Source of the DNA: an uncultured Thermoleophilia bacterium
GTDB taxonomy: Bacteria; Actinomycetota; Thermoleophilia; UBA2241
DNA length: 64,000 nucleotides
Assembly: GCA_963702475.1 (NCBI GenBank)
Contig: CAVPCT010000009.1
Span: 256,001 to 320,000 of the forward strand
Direction: 5' to 3'
Shown one piece after another: positions 45,363 through 54,904 of the stretch; position 1 is the stretch's first letter; each line of letters starts with the position of its first letter. The notes under the pieces are model-generated. The model ran no database searches. It had not been told where the DNA came from and was given only the letters and a program-made list of their open reading frames with translations. Made by a program: the position numbers and the translations under genes.

Positions 45363-46769
45363 ATGGCTGGACCTGGGACGAAAGCCCAGCGAGCGCGCAT
45401 GACGGTCTTCGAAGCGTACGAGAGGGCCCGTAAGGGTCCCAAGTTCGATGAGGCGGTCTGGAACTTCGAGCTCATCCCACAGACCGCCAAGCGGTTGAAG
45501 GAGAAGTACGAGATCGTGATGGACAAGTCCGTCATGGTCCCAACCGATCCCGAGCTCATGACGAAGCTGTACAAGGCCGGCCTTGAGATGCTGGTCGAGT
45601 GCGGCGTGTACGTCATCGACACGAAGCGCATCATCAAGTACACCGAGGAAGAGATCCTCCTCGGCCTCGCGACGGCGCCCAAGACGTGCGTGATCGGCGA
45701 AGGCCTCCACGCGCGCCCCATGGAGTACCGCACCCACAAGGACTCGCGCCCGCCGCTGGTCCAGGGCGGTCCGACCGGCGCTCCCTGCAGTGAGCAATAC
45801 TTCTTCCCGATCCACGAGTCGTACGTCAAGGAAGGCATCGTCGACTGCATCGTGGACGGCGTGCTCTCCACCGTGAACGGCTACAACCCCGCCCCCGACA
45901 CGCCCTGGGAGGTCCTCGCCGGCCGCCAGGAGATCATGATGGTGCGCATGGCGCAGGCCAAGTGCGGCCGCGCGGGCATGGGGTTGTAGGGTCCCGAGAC
46001 CACGCTGAACGCAGCCGCCACGATCTCTCAGGACTTCCCGGGCGGCATGCGTACCTCGGACAACCACGAGGTGTCGCAGCTGAATGAGCTGAAGACCGAC
46101 CTAGGAGCGTTGCTCTTCACCTCTCATTACAGTCTCGCTGCGAACAACATCATGGTTGAGCAGATGCCGATCTTCGGCGGGTTCGCCGGTGGTCTCGAGG
46201 AGACGACCATCGTCAACGTCGCCACGCATATCAACTCGTTCGTGACGTTCGGCGGCACCTGGCACCTCGACGGTCCTGTCCACATGCGGTGGGGCATCAC
46301 GACGACCAGGGAGGCCCTGGCTATCGCGGGTCACGCCATCATGGCGGTCAACTCCGTCTGGCCGATCCTGAGCGGCAACCAGTACTACACCATGGCCGGT
46401 CCCTGCACCGTCATGTGCCTCCTGGAGACGGCTGCACAGGCCATCACCGATACCGCCAGCGGTCGCGAGATCATGTCCGGCGTCGCCGCCGCCAAGGGCG
46501 TCATCACCGACAAGACCACCGGCATGGAAGCCCGCTTCATGGGCGAGTGTGCGCACGCTGTCGCCGGCATGCCGACCGAGCAGACCAACGAGGTCCTCGA
46601 CGCGTTGGTGAAGATGTACGAGGGCGACTACAAGACGGCCGACCAAGGCAAGTTCTTCTACGAGTGCTACGACGTGGAGAAGGTCGTGCCCACGGACGAG
46701 TACCTCGAGGTCTACGACAAGGCTTGCGAAGTGATGAAGGGCCTCGGCGTCAAGCATCCACTCTGGTGA
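45363..46769 (+). CDS. mtmB: Monomethylamine:corrinoid methyltransferase with an in-frame amber (Pyl) codon at 45987-45989 (468 aa)
   Basis: AYERARKGPK, VQGGPTGAP, GRAGMGL-O-GPET; frame continues HEVSQLNELK, AGPCTVMCL, TGMEARFMGE; AGGAGG RBS. Confidence 0.93.
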
Positions 46770-46817
46770 GACGCGCCCGGTCAGTGAACACGCCGAGTCA
46801 GAGGAGGCTCTAGGCAA

Positions 46818-47459
46818 ATGGGAGACGCTGAGTTCATCAATGAAGCGATCGACTCGCTCCTGAACTACGACAAGGACAGGGCCGTCGACGTCGCAAACAA
46901 GGCCATCGCCGCCGGCATGGCACCAGACAAGCTGATGGCCGAGGGATTCGTGATCGGCATCCGCCAGCTGGGCGACAAGTTCGACGAGGGCGAGGTCTAC
47001 CTGCCCGAGCTCATGCTCGCGGCGGCCGCCATGGAAGCTGCCATGGCGATCTGCAACGCCGCGCTGCCTGAGGGCAAGAGCGAGGTACGCGGCAAGGTCG
47101 TCATCGGCACCGTCGAGGGCGACGTGCACGATATCGGCAAGGCCATCGTCTGTGCGTACCTGCGCGCCAACGGCTACGAGGTCTGGGACCTGGGCCGCGA
47201 TGTGCCGGTCGAGGACTTCGTCGACAAGGCCGAGGAGGTCGGCGCCGACATCATCGGCGCCAGCGCCCTGCTCACGGCCACCATGCGCAAGCAGTCGGAG
47301 ATCGTGGCGGAGCTCAAGGACCGCGGTATCCGCGAGAAGTACAAGTTCGTCGTCGGCGGCGCGCCCTGTACGCAGGAGTACGCCGACTCCATCGGCGCCG
47401 ACGCCTACGCGGCCGACGCCAGCGACGGCCTCAAGAAGATCGAGGAGCTCGTCAAGTAA
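46818..47459 (+). CDS. mtmC: Methylamine corrinoid protein (cognate of MtmB)
   Basis: YLPELMLAA, GTVEGDVHDIGK, SALLT, VGGAP. Confidence 0.9.
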   Translation: MGDAEFINEAIDSLLNYDKDRAVDVANKAIAAGMAPDKLMAEGFVIGIRQLGDKFDEGEVYLPELMLAAAAMEAAMAICNAALPEGKSEVRGKVVIGTVEGDVHDIGKAIVCAYLRANGYEVWDLGRDVPVEDFVDKAEEVGADIIGASALLTATMRKQSEIVAELKDRGIREKYKFVVGGAPCTQEYADSIGADAYAADASDGLKKIEELVK

Positions 47460-47497
47460 GAGTTGAGCCGGCGGCAGGCCGGCAGACACACCTGCCT

Positions 47498-47534
47498 GGA
47501 GGGCGGCGCTCGCACCACGCGGGCGCCGCCCTTC
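47498..47534 (+). terminator. GC-rich hairpin after mtmC
   Basis: 16-bp stem (2 GU) GGAGGGCGGCGCTCGC/GCGGGCGCCGCCCTTC. Confidence 0.6.
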
Positions 47535-47663
47535 GCCGTACAGCAGAGATTGTGCTGAGTGTCACGTTCACATAAGGCACCTTGGCGGCCCATCAGTCGC
47601 CTTCACTTGGGGAGGTAGCCGAATGAAGAGCAGATCGCACCTGCACGACGACGGAGCGGCGCC

Positions 47664-48023
47664 ATGAGCACCCCGGACGTCGACTCCATCGTCGAACAAG
47701 CACTCGAAGCGGAAGTGCACGGCGGCAAACACGACCCGCGCATCGACAAGCTCTTCCGCCAGGACGTCATCACCATCTACGTCTTCGTCATCGCCCTGTG
47801 GCTCGTGCTCTGGACGGTGTTCTTCCTCGTCGCCAACCCTGTGATCGACGACGACAAGCTGCGCTGGCTCCTCATCGGACTCGGCGTGTTCGCCTCGATC
47901 TTCAACAGCGTCGGCATGATCTCCAACACCCGCAGGCTCAAGCACGAGGCCGTGCGCTTCTACTCGCAGGACCTGTTCTGGCAGGACGAGAAGAAGCGGC
48001 GCAAGGCCGCAGGGCTGCTGTGA
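47664..48023 (+). CDS. Small 2-TM membrane protein
   Basis: Two hydrophobic helices, high-GC3 codons, RBS. Confidence 0.8.
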   Translation: MSTPDVDSIVEQALEAEVHGGKHDPRIDKLFRQDVITIYVFVIALWLVLWTVFFLVANPVIDDDKLRWLLIGLGVFASIFNSVGMISNTRRLKHEAVRFYSQDLFWQDEKKRRKAAGLL

Positions 48024-48053
48024 GCGGGCCGTGGTTCGGGAAGGAGGCACGGA

Positions 48054-48236
48054 ATGACTGACCTGGACAACCAGCCGCCGCAGGTCCAAGAGGAGGAGTG
48101 GGTGCCGTACAAGGGGTACGTGCCGCCCACGCAGAGCAAGGTGTGGCAGGTCATCGACGTACTGTTCGTGATCATCCTCTGCTACGTCTGCCTGCTCATC
48201 CCGATCCTGCTCACCGGCAAGATGATCGTGGGGTGA
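48054..48236 (+). CDS. Small 1-TM membrane protein
   Basis: AAGGAGG RBS; VIDVLFVIILCYVCLLIPILL. Confidence 0.75.
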   Translation: MTDLDNQPPQVQEEEWVPYKGYVPPTQSKVWQVIDVLFVIILCYVCLLIPILLTGKMIVG

Positions 48237-48239
48237 CCG

Positions 48240-48578
48240 ATGAGCCTACGTTCACTCACCCGCACCGGACGCGGCCGCAGGTCGCGCCGCGCCGCGGTGC
48301 TCCTGACCTTCGTGGTGCTTGCGGCGGTGCTGTTTCTGAGCGTCGCCGGCGGCGCCCTGGCCGCAGACGACACCGCCGTGTTCACCGAGGGCAACCCGAA
48401 CGTGCAGACGGCGGAGGGCCTGGAGGCCCCCGAGCTCGACTACAACTTCGTGTGGTGGACCTTCATCCTCACCTTCGGTCTTCTGATCGTGTACTACCTC
48501 GTGATCCTCCGGATCTCCGAGACTGAGTTCAAGAAGATCGTCGATGCCCACTTCGGGCCCAAGCGCGAAGGGAGGTGA
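48240..48578 (+). CDS. Small membrane protein (signal or TM plus second TM)
   Basis: Basic N-terminus, hydrophobic segment ending ALA, second TM, then RISETEFKKIVDAHFG. Confidence 0.75.
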   Translation: MSLRSLTRTGRGRRSRRAAVLLTFVVLAAVLFLSVAGGALAADDTAVFTEGNPNVQTAEGLEAPELDYNFVWWTFILTFGLLIVYYLVILRISETEFKKIVDAHFGPKREGR

Positions 48579-48585
48579 CGGGGAG

Positions 48586-48774
48586 ATGCAGGCAATCAAC
48601 TACGTCATCTGGGCGATCGCCATAGCCCTGCTCGTCTGGCTCGTCTACGACGCGTTCCGCATCGAGACGACCTACGACGCCGAGCTCCTCGTCAGCTCCG
48701 TCGAAGGCGAGATCGAGAAGGAGATCCTCGACCACGCGCACCCGAGCACGCCGCCGCAGGGGGGTGCTAGCTGA
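48586..48774 (+). CDS. Small 1-TM membrane protein
   Basis: MQAINYVIWAIAIALLVWLVYDAFR...LLVSSVEGE; stop overlaps the permease start. Confidence 0.75.
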   Translation: MQAINYVIWAIAIALLVWLVYDAFRIETTYDAELLVSSVEGEIEKEILDHAHPSTPPQGGAS

Positions 48775-50195
48775 TGGCCGCCCACGAAGTCGCAGCCGTC
48801 GGCGGCGCCGACATCACGCAACCGAAGCGCCTGAGCCTGCTCCGCGTCCTCGGCCCCATGCACGTGTGGGCTCTGGGCGTCGGCATCGTGCTCGTGGGCG
48901 AGTTCATGGGCTGGAACTTCACCGTGGCCAAGGGCGGCGTGTTCGGCGGCCTCGTGGCCTGCTGGTTCTCGGGCATCCTGTACTCCTGCGTCGCCATGAT
49001 CGACTCCGAGGTGAGCTCGACGGTGGCGTCGGCAGGCGGGCAGTACGCCCAGGCCAAGCACATCCTCGGCCCGCTCGCCGCGTTCAACATCGCCCTGTTC
49101 ATCATCTTCGAGTACTGCATGCTGTCGGCCGGCGACGCCCTCGTCATCGGGGCCCTGGTCAACAGCCTCGATCCCGCCCTCAGCCCCACGCCGGTCGTCG
49201 TGCTCACCATCGCCTTCCTGGCGTGGCTGAACTACCGCGGGGTGCACACCACGCTGACGTTCAACTTCATCATCACCGCCATCGCGTTCGTCACGATCCT
49301 GATCCTGATCGCGGGGGCGGAGTTCTGGAACCCGGGCCACATCACCCAGACCGAGGCTCTCTTCGCGCAGCCGCCCGGTGGCCTCGACCCGAAGTTGCCG
49401 TACGGCTGGCTCGGCATCCTGGCGGCGCTTCAGTTCGGCATCTGGTACTACCTCGGCATCGAAGGTACGTGCCAGACGGCCGAGGAGTGCCGCTCCGCGC
49501 CGCGCGCGCTGCCGGTGGGGACCATGTCGGGTCTGATCACCCTGCTGCTGGCAGCCACGCTCACCTGGTACATCTGCACCGCACTGGTGAACTGGATCTC
49601 CCTGGGCGAGTCGGTGTACCCGCTCTACGACGCCGCCGTGAACACCGGCAAGGGCTGGCTGATGGTGATCCTCTGGATAGGGTCGCTGCTCAGCTGTCTG
49701 GCGTCGTCCAACGGGTGCATCAACGACGCCTCGCGGGCCTGGTTCGCCATGGGGCGCGACCAGTTCATCCCCCGCTGGTTCGGCGGCGTCCACCCGAAGT
49801 ACAAGACGCCCTACCGCGCCATCCTGTTCCTGGTGCCGATCATGATCGCCTTCGGCTACACCGGGCTGCTCGACCAGGTCATCACCTTCTCGATCATCTC
49901 CGGCTGCCTGATCTACTTCATCATGCCGCTGAACATGATCAGGTTCCGCCGGCTCTACCCCATGGACTCGATCAAACGAGGGTACGTGTCTCCGTTCCAC
50001 CCGCTACCTTCGTACGTGTTGTTCGCGTTCGTGCTGCTGACGTTCATCGCCATGTACTTCGGCTACTGGCGCAACCTCGTCGCAGCTTTGGTCTTCTACG
50101 GCCTGTGCTCGCTCTGGTTCGTGCTGCACAGGTACAAGTTCGTGGACCGCACCAAGCTCTACACGATGCCGTGGCCGCGGCCCAAGGGCTACTGA
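48774..50195 (+). CDS. APC family permease, probable (mono)methylamine transporter
   Basis: VWALGVGIVLVGEFMGWNF, YLGIEG..QTAEE, HPKYKTPYRA; downstream of mtmBC. Confidence 0.85.
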   Translation: MAAHEVAAVGGADITQPKRLSLLRVLGPMHVWALGVGIVLVGEFMGWNFTVAKGGVFGGLVACWFSGILYSCVAMIDSEVSSTVASAGGQYAQAKHILGPLAAFNIALFIIFEYCMLSAGDALVIGALVNSLDPALSPTPVVVLTIAFLAWLNYRGVHTTLTFNFIITAIAFVTILILIAGAEFWNPGHITQTEALFAQPPGGLDPKLPYGWLGILAALQFGIWYYLGIEGTCQTAEECRSAPRALPVGTMSGLITLLLAATLTWYICTALVNWISLGESVYPLYDAAVNTGKGWLMVILWIGSLLSCLASSNGCINDASRAWFAMGRDQFIPRWFGGVHPKYKTPYRAILFLVPIMIAFGYTGLLDQVITFSIISGCLIYFIMPLNMIRFRRLYPMDSIKRGYVSPFHPLPSYVLFAFVLLTFIAMYFGYWRNLVAALVFYGLCSLWFVLHRYKFVDRTKLYTMPWPRPKGY

Positions 50196-50208
50196 GCGAG
50201 GGGAGGAC

Positions 50209-50655
50209 ATGATGTTCGAGACTCTGCTGGTAGCTACCGACGGGTCCATAGCCGCGGAGAAGGCCGTGACCTGGGCCGTCGACTTCGCCAAACGGCACGA
50301 CTCGAAGCTCGTCGTGCTCAACGTCACACCTGACAAGCGTGTGCGGCTCCAGGACCAGGAGCCCAACGCCCCGCCCGCCGGCGACGTGTCGCCGGCGGAC
50401 GCCGGGGATCTCGTCTCGGACGAGGCCCTGGCCCGGGCCGAGAGGCTGGCCAAGGAAGCGGGCGTGACCTACGTGCTCGAGGAGGTCTACGGCCGCAATA
50501 TCGCCGCCACCATCGCCAAGGAGGCGCTCAACGTCGGCGCCGACCACATCATCATCGGCTCCACCGGGGTGACCGCGCTGGCCACCTGCGTCCTCGGCTC
50601 GGTCGCGCAGAACGTGGTGCACTACGCGCACTGTCCCGTGACGGTGGTCAGGTAA
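50209..50655 (+). CDS. Universal stress protein
   Basis: LLVATDGS, IIIGSTG, LGSVAQNVVHYAHCPVTVV. Confidence 0.9.
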   Translation: MMFETLLVATDGSIAAEKAVTWAVDFAKRHDSKLVVLNVTPDKRVRLQDQEPNAPPAGDVSPADAGDLVSDEALARAERLAKEAGVTYVLEEVYGRNIAATIAKEALNVGADHIIIGSTGVTALATCVLGSVAQNVVHYAHCPVTVVR

Positions 50656-50701
50656 TGCGACGCCGAGGCCGCAGCCACGGCGCGGGGGAGGTGAGGACCA
50701 C

Positions 50702-51370
50702 ATGGACGTCACCCTCATCATCAAGATAGCCGTCATCGTGGCTGCGGCCCTCGGCCTCGGTTACCTGTACGTCACGTACGTCTATCGCGACCGCCACCGG
50801 ACGCAGCACATGCTCGACGGCTTCCTGCCAATCCTGGAAGGGCCGACGGTAGGGAGAAGTTCCTGGGGCTACGAGCGCCTCGAGGGCGTCCTGGATGGAG
50901 ACCGGGTCAAGATCGACCTGCTCCCGGACTCGCTCATCACGCGGACCCTTCCCACGCTCTGGCTCGAGGTGTGCCTGTGCCGTCCTTTCGACGCGTTCCT
51001 GTGTGTGATCACATTGTGCAACGGCATGGAGTACTTCGCCGACGAGGTCGACGAGGGCACGCTCCTCAACACGCCGAGCACCTGGCCCGAAGGCGTGAGG
51101 GTGCGAGGCAAGAGCTTCGGCAGCGTGGGGCTCCTGCGGCGCGTCGCGGACGTCGACATCGGGGCCTACCCGCACCTCAAGCTGCTGGTCTTCAGCGAGA
51201 CCGGACTCAAGGTGGTCATGCGTGCCGCCCGCGGGGACGTCTCCCAATACAGGGTCATGCGGTCGGCAACCTTCGCTGAAGACTCAGTCAAACCCGAACT
51301 CGTCGACGAGACGGTCCGGCTCGTGCGCCACCTCGAGCGCGTGCTGGTACGTGGAGAGGAGATAGCGTGA
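50702..51370 (+). CDS. Hypothetical protein with an N-terminal TM anchor
   Basis: GAGG RBS, N-terminal hydrophobic helix, stop overlaps the next start. Confidence 0.75.
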   Translation: MDVTLIIKIAVIVAAALGLGYLYVTYVYRDRHRTQHMLDGFLPILEGPTVGRSSWGYERLEGVLDGDRVKIDLLPDSLITRTLPTLWLEVCLCRPFDAFLCVITLCNGMEYFADEVDEGTLLNTPSTWPEGVRVRGKSFGSVGLLRRVADVDIGAYPHLKLLVFSETGLKVVMRAARGDVSQYRVMRSATFAEDSVKPELVDETVRLVRHLERVLVRGEEIA

Positions 51371-51831
51371 GCAAGGTGCGCCGGGCCCGGCGGCCCCAGA
51401 AGCCGGCCCCCAAAGGCGAACTCAAGAAGCCGCGTCCGGTGTGGTTCGTCACGCTGCTGGCGTTCGTCCTGCCCGGGAGCGGCCAGTGGCTGAACGGCGC
51501 CCCCATCAGAGGCATGGTCATGCAGTTCAGCATGGTGCTGGGCGCGTACCTCACGTACCAGCTCACCACGCCCGAGATCTCGCCGGTCGGCCGCCTTGCC
51601 GGAGGCCTGCTGGTATGGGTCTTCTCGATCGTGGACGCCCATGGGATCGCCACCCGCAGGGTGAAGGCGTGGGCGCGCATAGAGGCGTCGCAGGCCGCCT
51701 CGCCGAACCCACCGCAGGCGAAGAAGGCCGGCGGCGCGAGCGACGGCAAGCCGTCCGGAGGCGCCCCGCGACGCATGCAGCCGAAAGGCGCCTCCCGGCG
51801 GCCGGCGACCTCGGGGAGTCACGACACCTGA
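51367..51831 (+). CDS. Hypothetical 3-TM membrane protein
   Basis: LAFVLPGSGQWLNG...RG motif and hydrophobic segments. Confidence 0.75.
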   Translation: MSKVRRARRPQKPAPKGELKKPRPVWFVTLLAFVLPGSGQWLNGAPIRGMVMQFSMVLGAYLTYQLTTPEISPVGRLAGGLLVWVFSIVDAHGIATRRVKAWARIEASQAASPNPPQAKKAGGASDGKPSGGAPRRMQPKGASRRPATSGSHDT

Positions 51832-52003
51832 GCGGTGCCGAAGGCCCGCAGGTGCAGAGCGGCCCGGGCGACGCCCGGGCCGCTCTGCGTACGCGGCCCT
51901 CACACCGCGCGCCACGTGGGACCAGGTGTGGGAGGCGCCCACCTGCGGAAGAACCGACCCACCGGCGGCAGCGGCCGCCGGCCGCAACTGACCGGGGGTG
52001 CCC

Positions 52004-52213
52004 ATGAGCATCACGCTCTACACGCGACCCGACTGTCGCTACTGTGACGCGGCGCGCCGCTACTTGGACGAGCGCGGCGATGCCTATGAAGAGCGGGACA
52101 TCAGCGCCGACGTCGAGGCCGAACGGGAGGTCATCGCCATCACCGGCGGACCCCTGAGCGTGCCGATCACGGTCGAGGACGGCGACGTCAGGGTCGGCTT
52201 TCCGTATCAATGA
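52004..52213 (+). CDS. Glutaredoxin/NrdH-like protein
   Basis: LYTRPDCRYC, SVP, VGF. Confidence 0.8.
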   Translation: MSITLYTRPDCRYCDAARRYLDERGDAYEERDISADVEAEREVIAITGGPLSVPITVEDGDVRVGFPYQ

Positions 52214-52317
52214 GGAGGGGCGCGAGGGCGTACGCGCTGGATCTTCCAGCACGACCCCGAGCGCCGGCGCGCGTGACGCGCCTGGACCCGCCACACCTGA
52301 GCTGACCGGGCGAGCCC

Positions 52318-52442
52318 TGCTCCATTATGGAGCACGTTCTTGATTGACTTGTCCAATCTGGTATTCTGTGCCCGGATTGCAGTCTTTTCGCATGCCCCAG
52401 AGCCCCGAAAGCCTTGACGGACACTCCGAGGCTACATACATT
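52318..52442 (+). promoter_or_regulatory. Palindromic operator and two candidate promoters upstream of mtbB
   Basis: TGCTCCAT-T-ATGGAGCA 52318-52334; TTGATT-16-TATTCT with extended TG; TTGACG-17-TACATT 52414-52442. Confidence 0.55.
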
Positions 52443-52730
52443 GTGTCGCACACGCGAGGCCGGCTGTGCCCAAACGGCATACGCCTTGTACTGAAGCTAT
52501 ACTTCGTGGCCTCACGAGGTGACCAGCTATCGACTCCGAACGCTCGACGCGGTACCCCCGCGAACGGCAAAGGGAGGCCCGTCCTGTGTCGACGGACCAT
52601 GCGATGCGATCCACCGAGCGTGCCGCGTCACCAGGGGGCTCGTTGCCTTGGATGACCGACGACGCCCCACGCCCACCGCCCGTGCGCGGTCTGTCTCCGC
52701 GCTCTCTCACCACAATGGAGGTGTGACGCA

Positions 52731-54131
52731 GTGAGCAAGATCTGGACCCGAATGGGTGACGGCAACGCCGTCGAACTGACCCCAGACGAACTCCGCCAGG
52801 ACATCATCGCGGCGACTGAAGACGCCGCGGACAAGGGGCACATCCCGCCCCTTGAAGAGAACGAGATCGACCACCTGTATGACCTCTTCGCGGCGCCGTA
52901 CCGCATCATCGGCGTCGAGCCCGGCCATGAAGTGCCGCTGACCAAGGACGAGACGGCGTGCACCCTCGTCTCCTCGCAGCTGTCGAGTGGTTCACACCTG
53001 GCGATAAGCCGCGAAGACGCAGTCGAAGTCTTCGAGCGCGTGTTCGCGTTCGACACCATGGAGCTGGGCTGGATCGACTACTCCTTCAAGCCGGCGAAGC
53101 CCATGGTCTCTCTGGACCAGGTCTCCATCGAGCGCATCATGGCCACCACCGTGTTCCCGGTGCTCTACGGCGCCATGCCGAACATGGGCCTCTACTACAC
53201 GCCGGACGGGCCGTTCACCAACCCGGCCGACCTCCTCGGCATGATGAAGGTCGAAGAGGCGCGTGAGGAGGAGATGAAGGCCGCCGAGCTCTGCATGGAA
53301 GACATGATCTTCGTGTGCGAGCGCATGAACGAGATCGGCGCCGACGGCATCGACTTCGACACCACGGCCTCCGCGGGTGACGCCGACTTCTGGTCGGTCC
53401 TCAAGACGGTCGAGCATCTCAAGGCCCACACCGACCTCGGCGTCGAGATGGGCATGTCCGGCGAGTTCATCCTCGGCATGCACGGCGAGGTCGAGTACAA
53501 CGGCAAGAGGCTCGCCGGCATGTTCCCGCACCAGCAGCTGAAGTGCGCGGAAGAGGCGGGCGTCGACATCTTCGGCCCCGTGGTCAACACCAAGACCAAC
53601 AAGTCCTGTGCCTGGAACGTCGCCCGCGCCGTCACGTTCGTCAAGGAAGTCTGCAAGCAGGCCACCATCCCGATCCACGCGAACGTGGGTATGGGCGTAG
53701 GCGGCACGCCGATGTTCGAGACACCGCCGATCGACGCTCTCAGCCGCGCGAGCGTAGCCATGGTCGAGATCGCCAAGGTCGACGGGTTGTAGGTCGGCGT
53801 CGGCGATCCCTACGGCATGTCCATCATGCACTCGATCGCATCTGGAATGGGTGGCATCCGCACCGCTGGAGACCTGGTGGCAAGGATGGAGCTCAATCAC
53901 CGGATGAGGCTTCCCGAGGCGAAGAAGTACGTGGCCGACAAGCTCGGCGTCAGCGTGTTCGACCTGTCGGACTCCACCGTCATGCGCAACCTGCGCGAAG
54001 AGCTCAACATCGGCGTGATCGAGGCGATCCCGGGCCTGGCGAAGGGCTACACCGCCAAGGCGCGCATCGCCGATCTCCTCGACATCAAGATCAACGGCGT
54101 CGAGCGCCAGATGGCGAAGATGCCGGCTTGA
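52731..54131 (+). CDS. mtbB: Dimethylamine:corrinoid methyltransferase with an in-frame amber (Pyl) codon at 53790-53792 (466 aa)
   Basis: [45 protein letters not shown]...[12 protein letters not shown]. Confidence 0.93.
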
Positions 54132-54191
54132 TGCGGGAGTCAGCGACTCTCTCGCAGGTTCAGCGAACTCTGACCCACGGAGGTCACGGGA

Positions 54192-54839
54192 ATGGCGAAT
54201 GAAGACTTCTATGCGGATGCGAAAGCCGCAATCCGCGCGTGTGACGCCGACAAGTCCGCTCAGGTGGCAACAGACGCCCTCGCGGCCGGCGTAGCGCCCG
54301 ACGACATGCTGAAGCTGGGATTCATCCCGGGCATCAGCGCGATGGGCGATCTCTTCGAGCGCGGCGAGGTGTTCCTCCCCGAGCTCGTCCTCGCGGCGAA
54401 CGCCATGACGGCGGCTGCTGCGGTGTGTAACGCGGCCCTGCCCGAGGGCGAGGCGGAGGCGAAGGCCATCGTCGTCATCGGCACCGTCCAGGGCGACGTG
54501 CATGATATCGGCAAGACCATCGTCGTCGCGTTCCTCAGGGCCAACGGCTACAACGTGTTCGACCTTGGTCGCGATATCTCGGGCGACAAGTTCATCGCCG
54601 CCGCGGAGGAGAAGGGCGCCGCCGTCATCGGTATGAGTGCCCTGCTCACCACCACCATGCGCGAGCAGACGCGTGTCATCGAGGCTCTCAAGGCCGCGGG
54701 TCTGCGCGACAAGTACAAGGTCATCGTCGGCGGCGGCGCCTGCACCCAGCAGTGGGCCGACAAGATCGGCGCGGACGCGTACGCCGAAGACGCCAACGAC
54801 GGCATCCGCAAGATCAACGAGCTCACGGGAAACGCGTGA
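54192..54839 (+). CDS. mtbC: Methylamine corrinoid protein (cognate of MtbB)
   Basis: FLPELVLAA, GTVQGDVHDIGK, SALLTTTM. Confidence 0.9.
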   Translation: MANEDFYADAKAAIRACDADKSAQVATDALAAGVAPDDMLKLGFIPGISAMGDLFERGEVFLPELVLAANAMTAAAAVCNAALPEGEAEAKAIVVIGTVQGDVHDIGKTIVVAFLRANGYNVFDLGRDISGDKFIAAAEEKGAAVIGMSALLTTTMREQTRVIEALKAAGLRDKYKVIVGGGACTQQWADKIGADAYAEDANDGIRKINELTGNA

Positions 54840-54862
54840 CCGCACGTTGTTAGGGCGGGATC

Positions 54863-54899
54863 CCGGCGGCGCGGTGGAGCTACTCCGCCGCGCCGCCGG
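54863..54899. terminator. Hairpin between convergent genes
   Basis: 17-bp stem CCGGCGGCGCGGTGGAG/CTCCGCCGCGCCGCCGG. Confidence 0.65.
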
Positions 54900-54904
54900 C
54901 GCCC

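Noticed and set aside
52004-52213. Selenocysteine readthrough of the redoxin TGA
   Set aside because: CxxC is complete and the domain ends normally before the TGA
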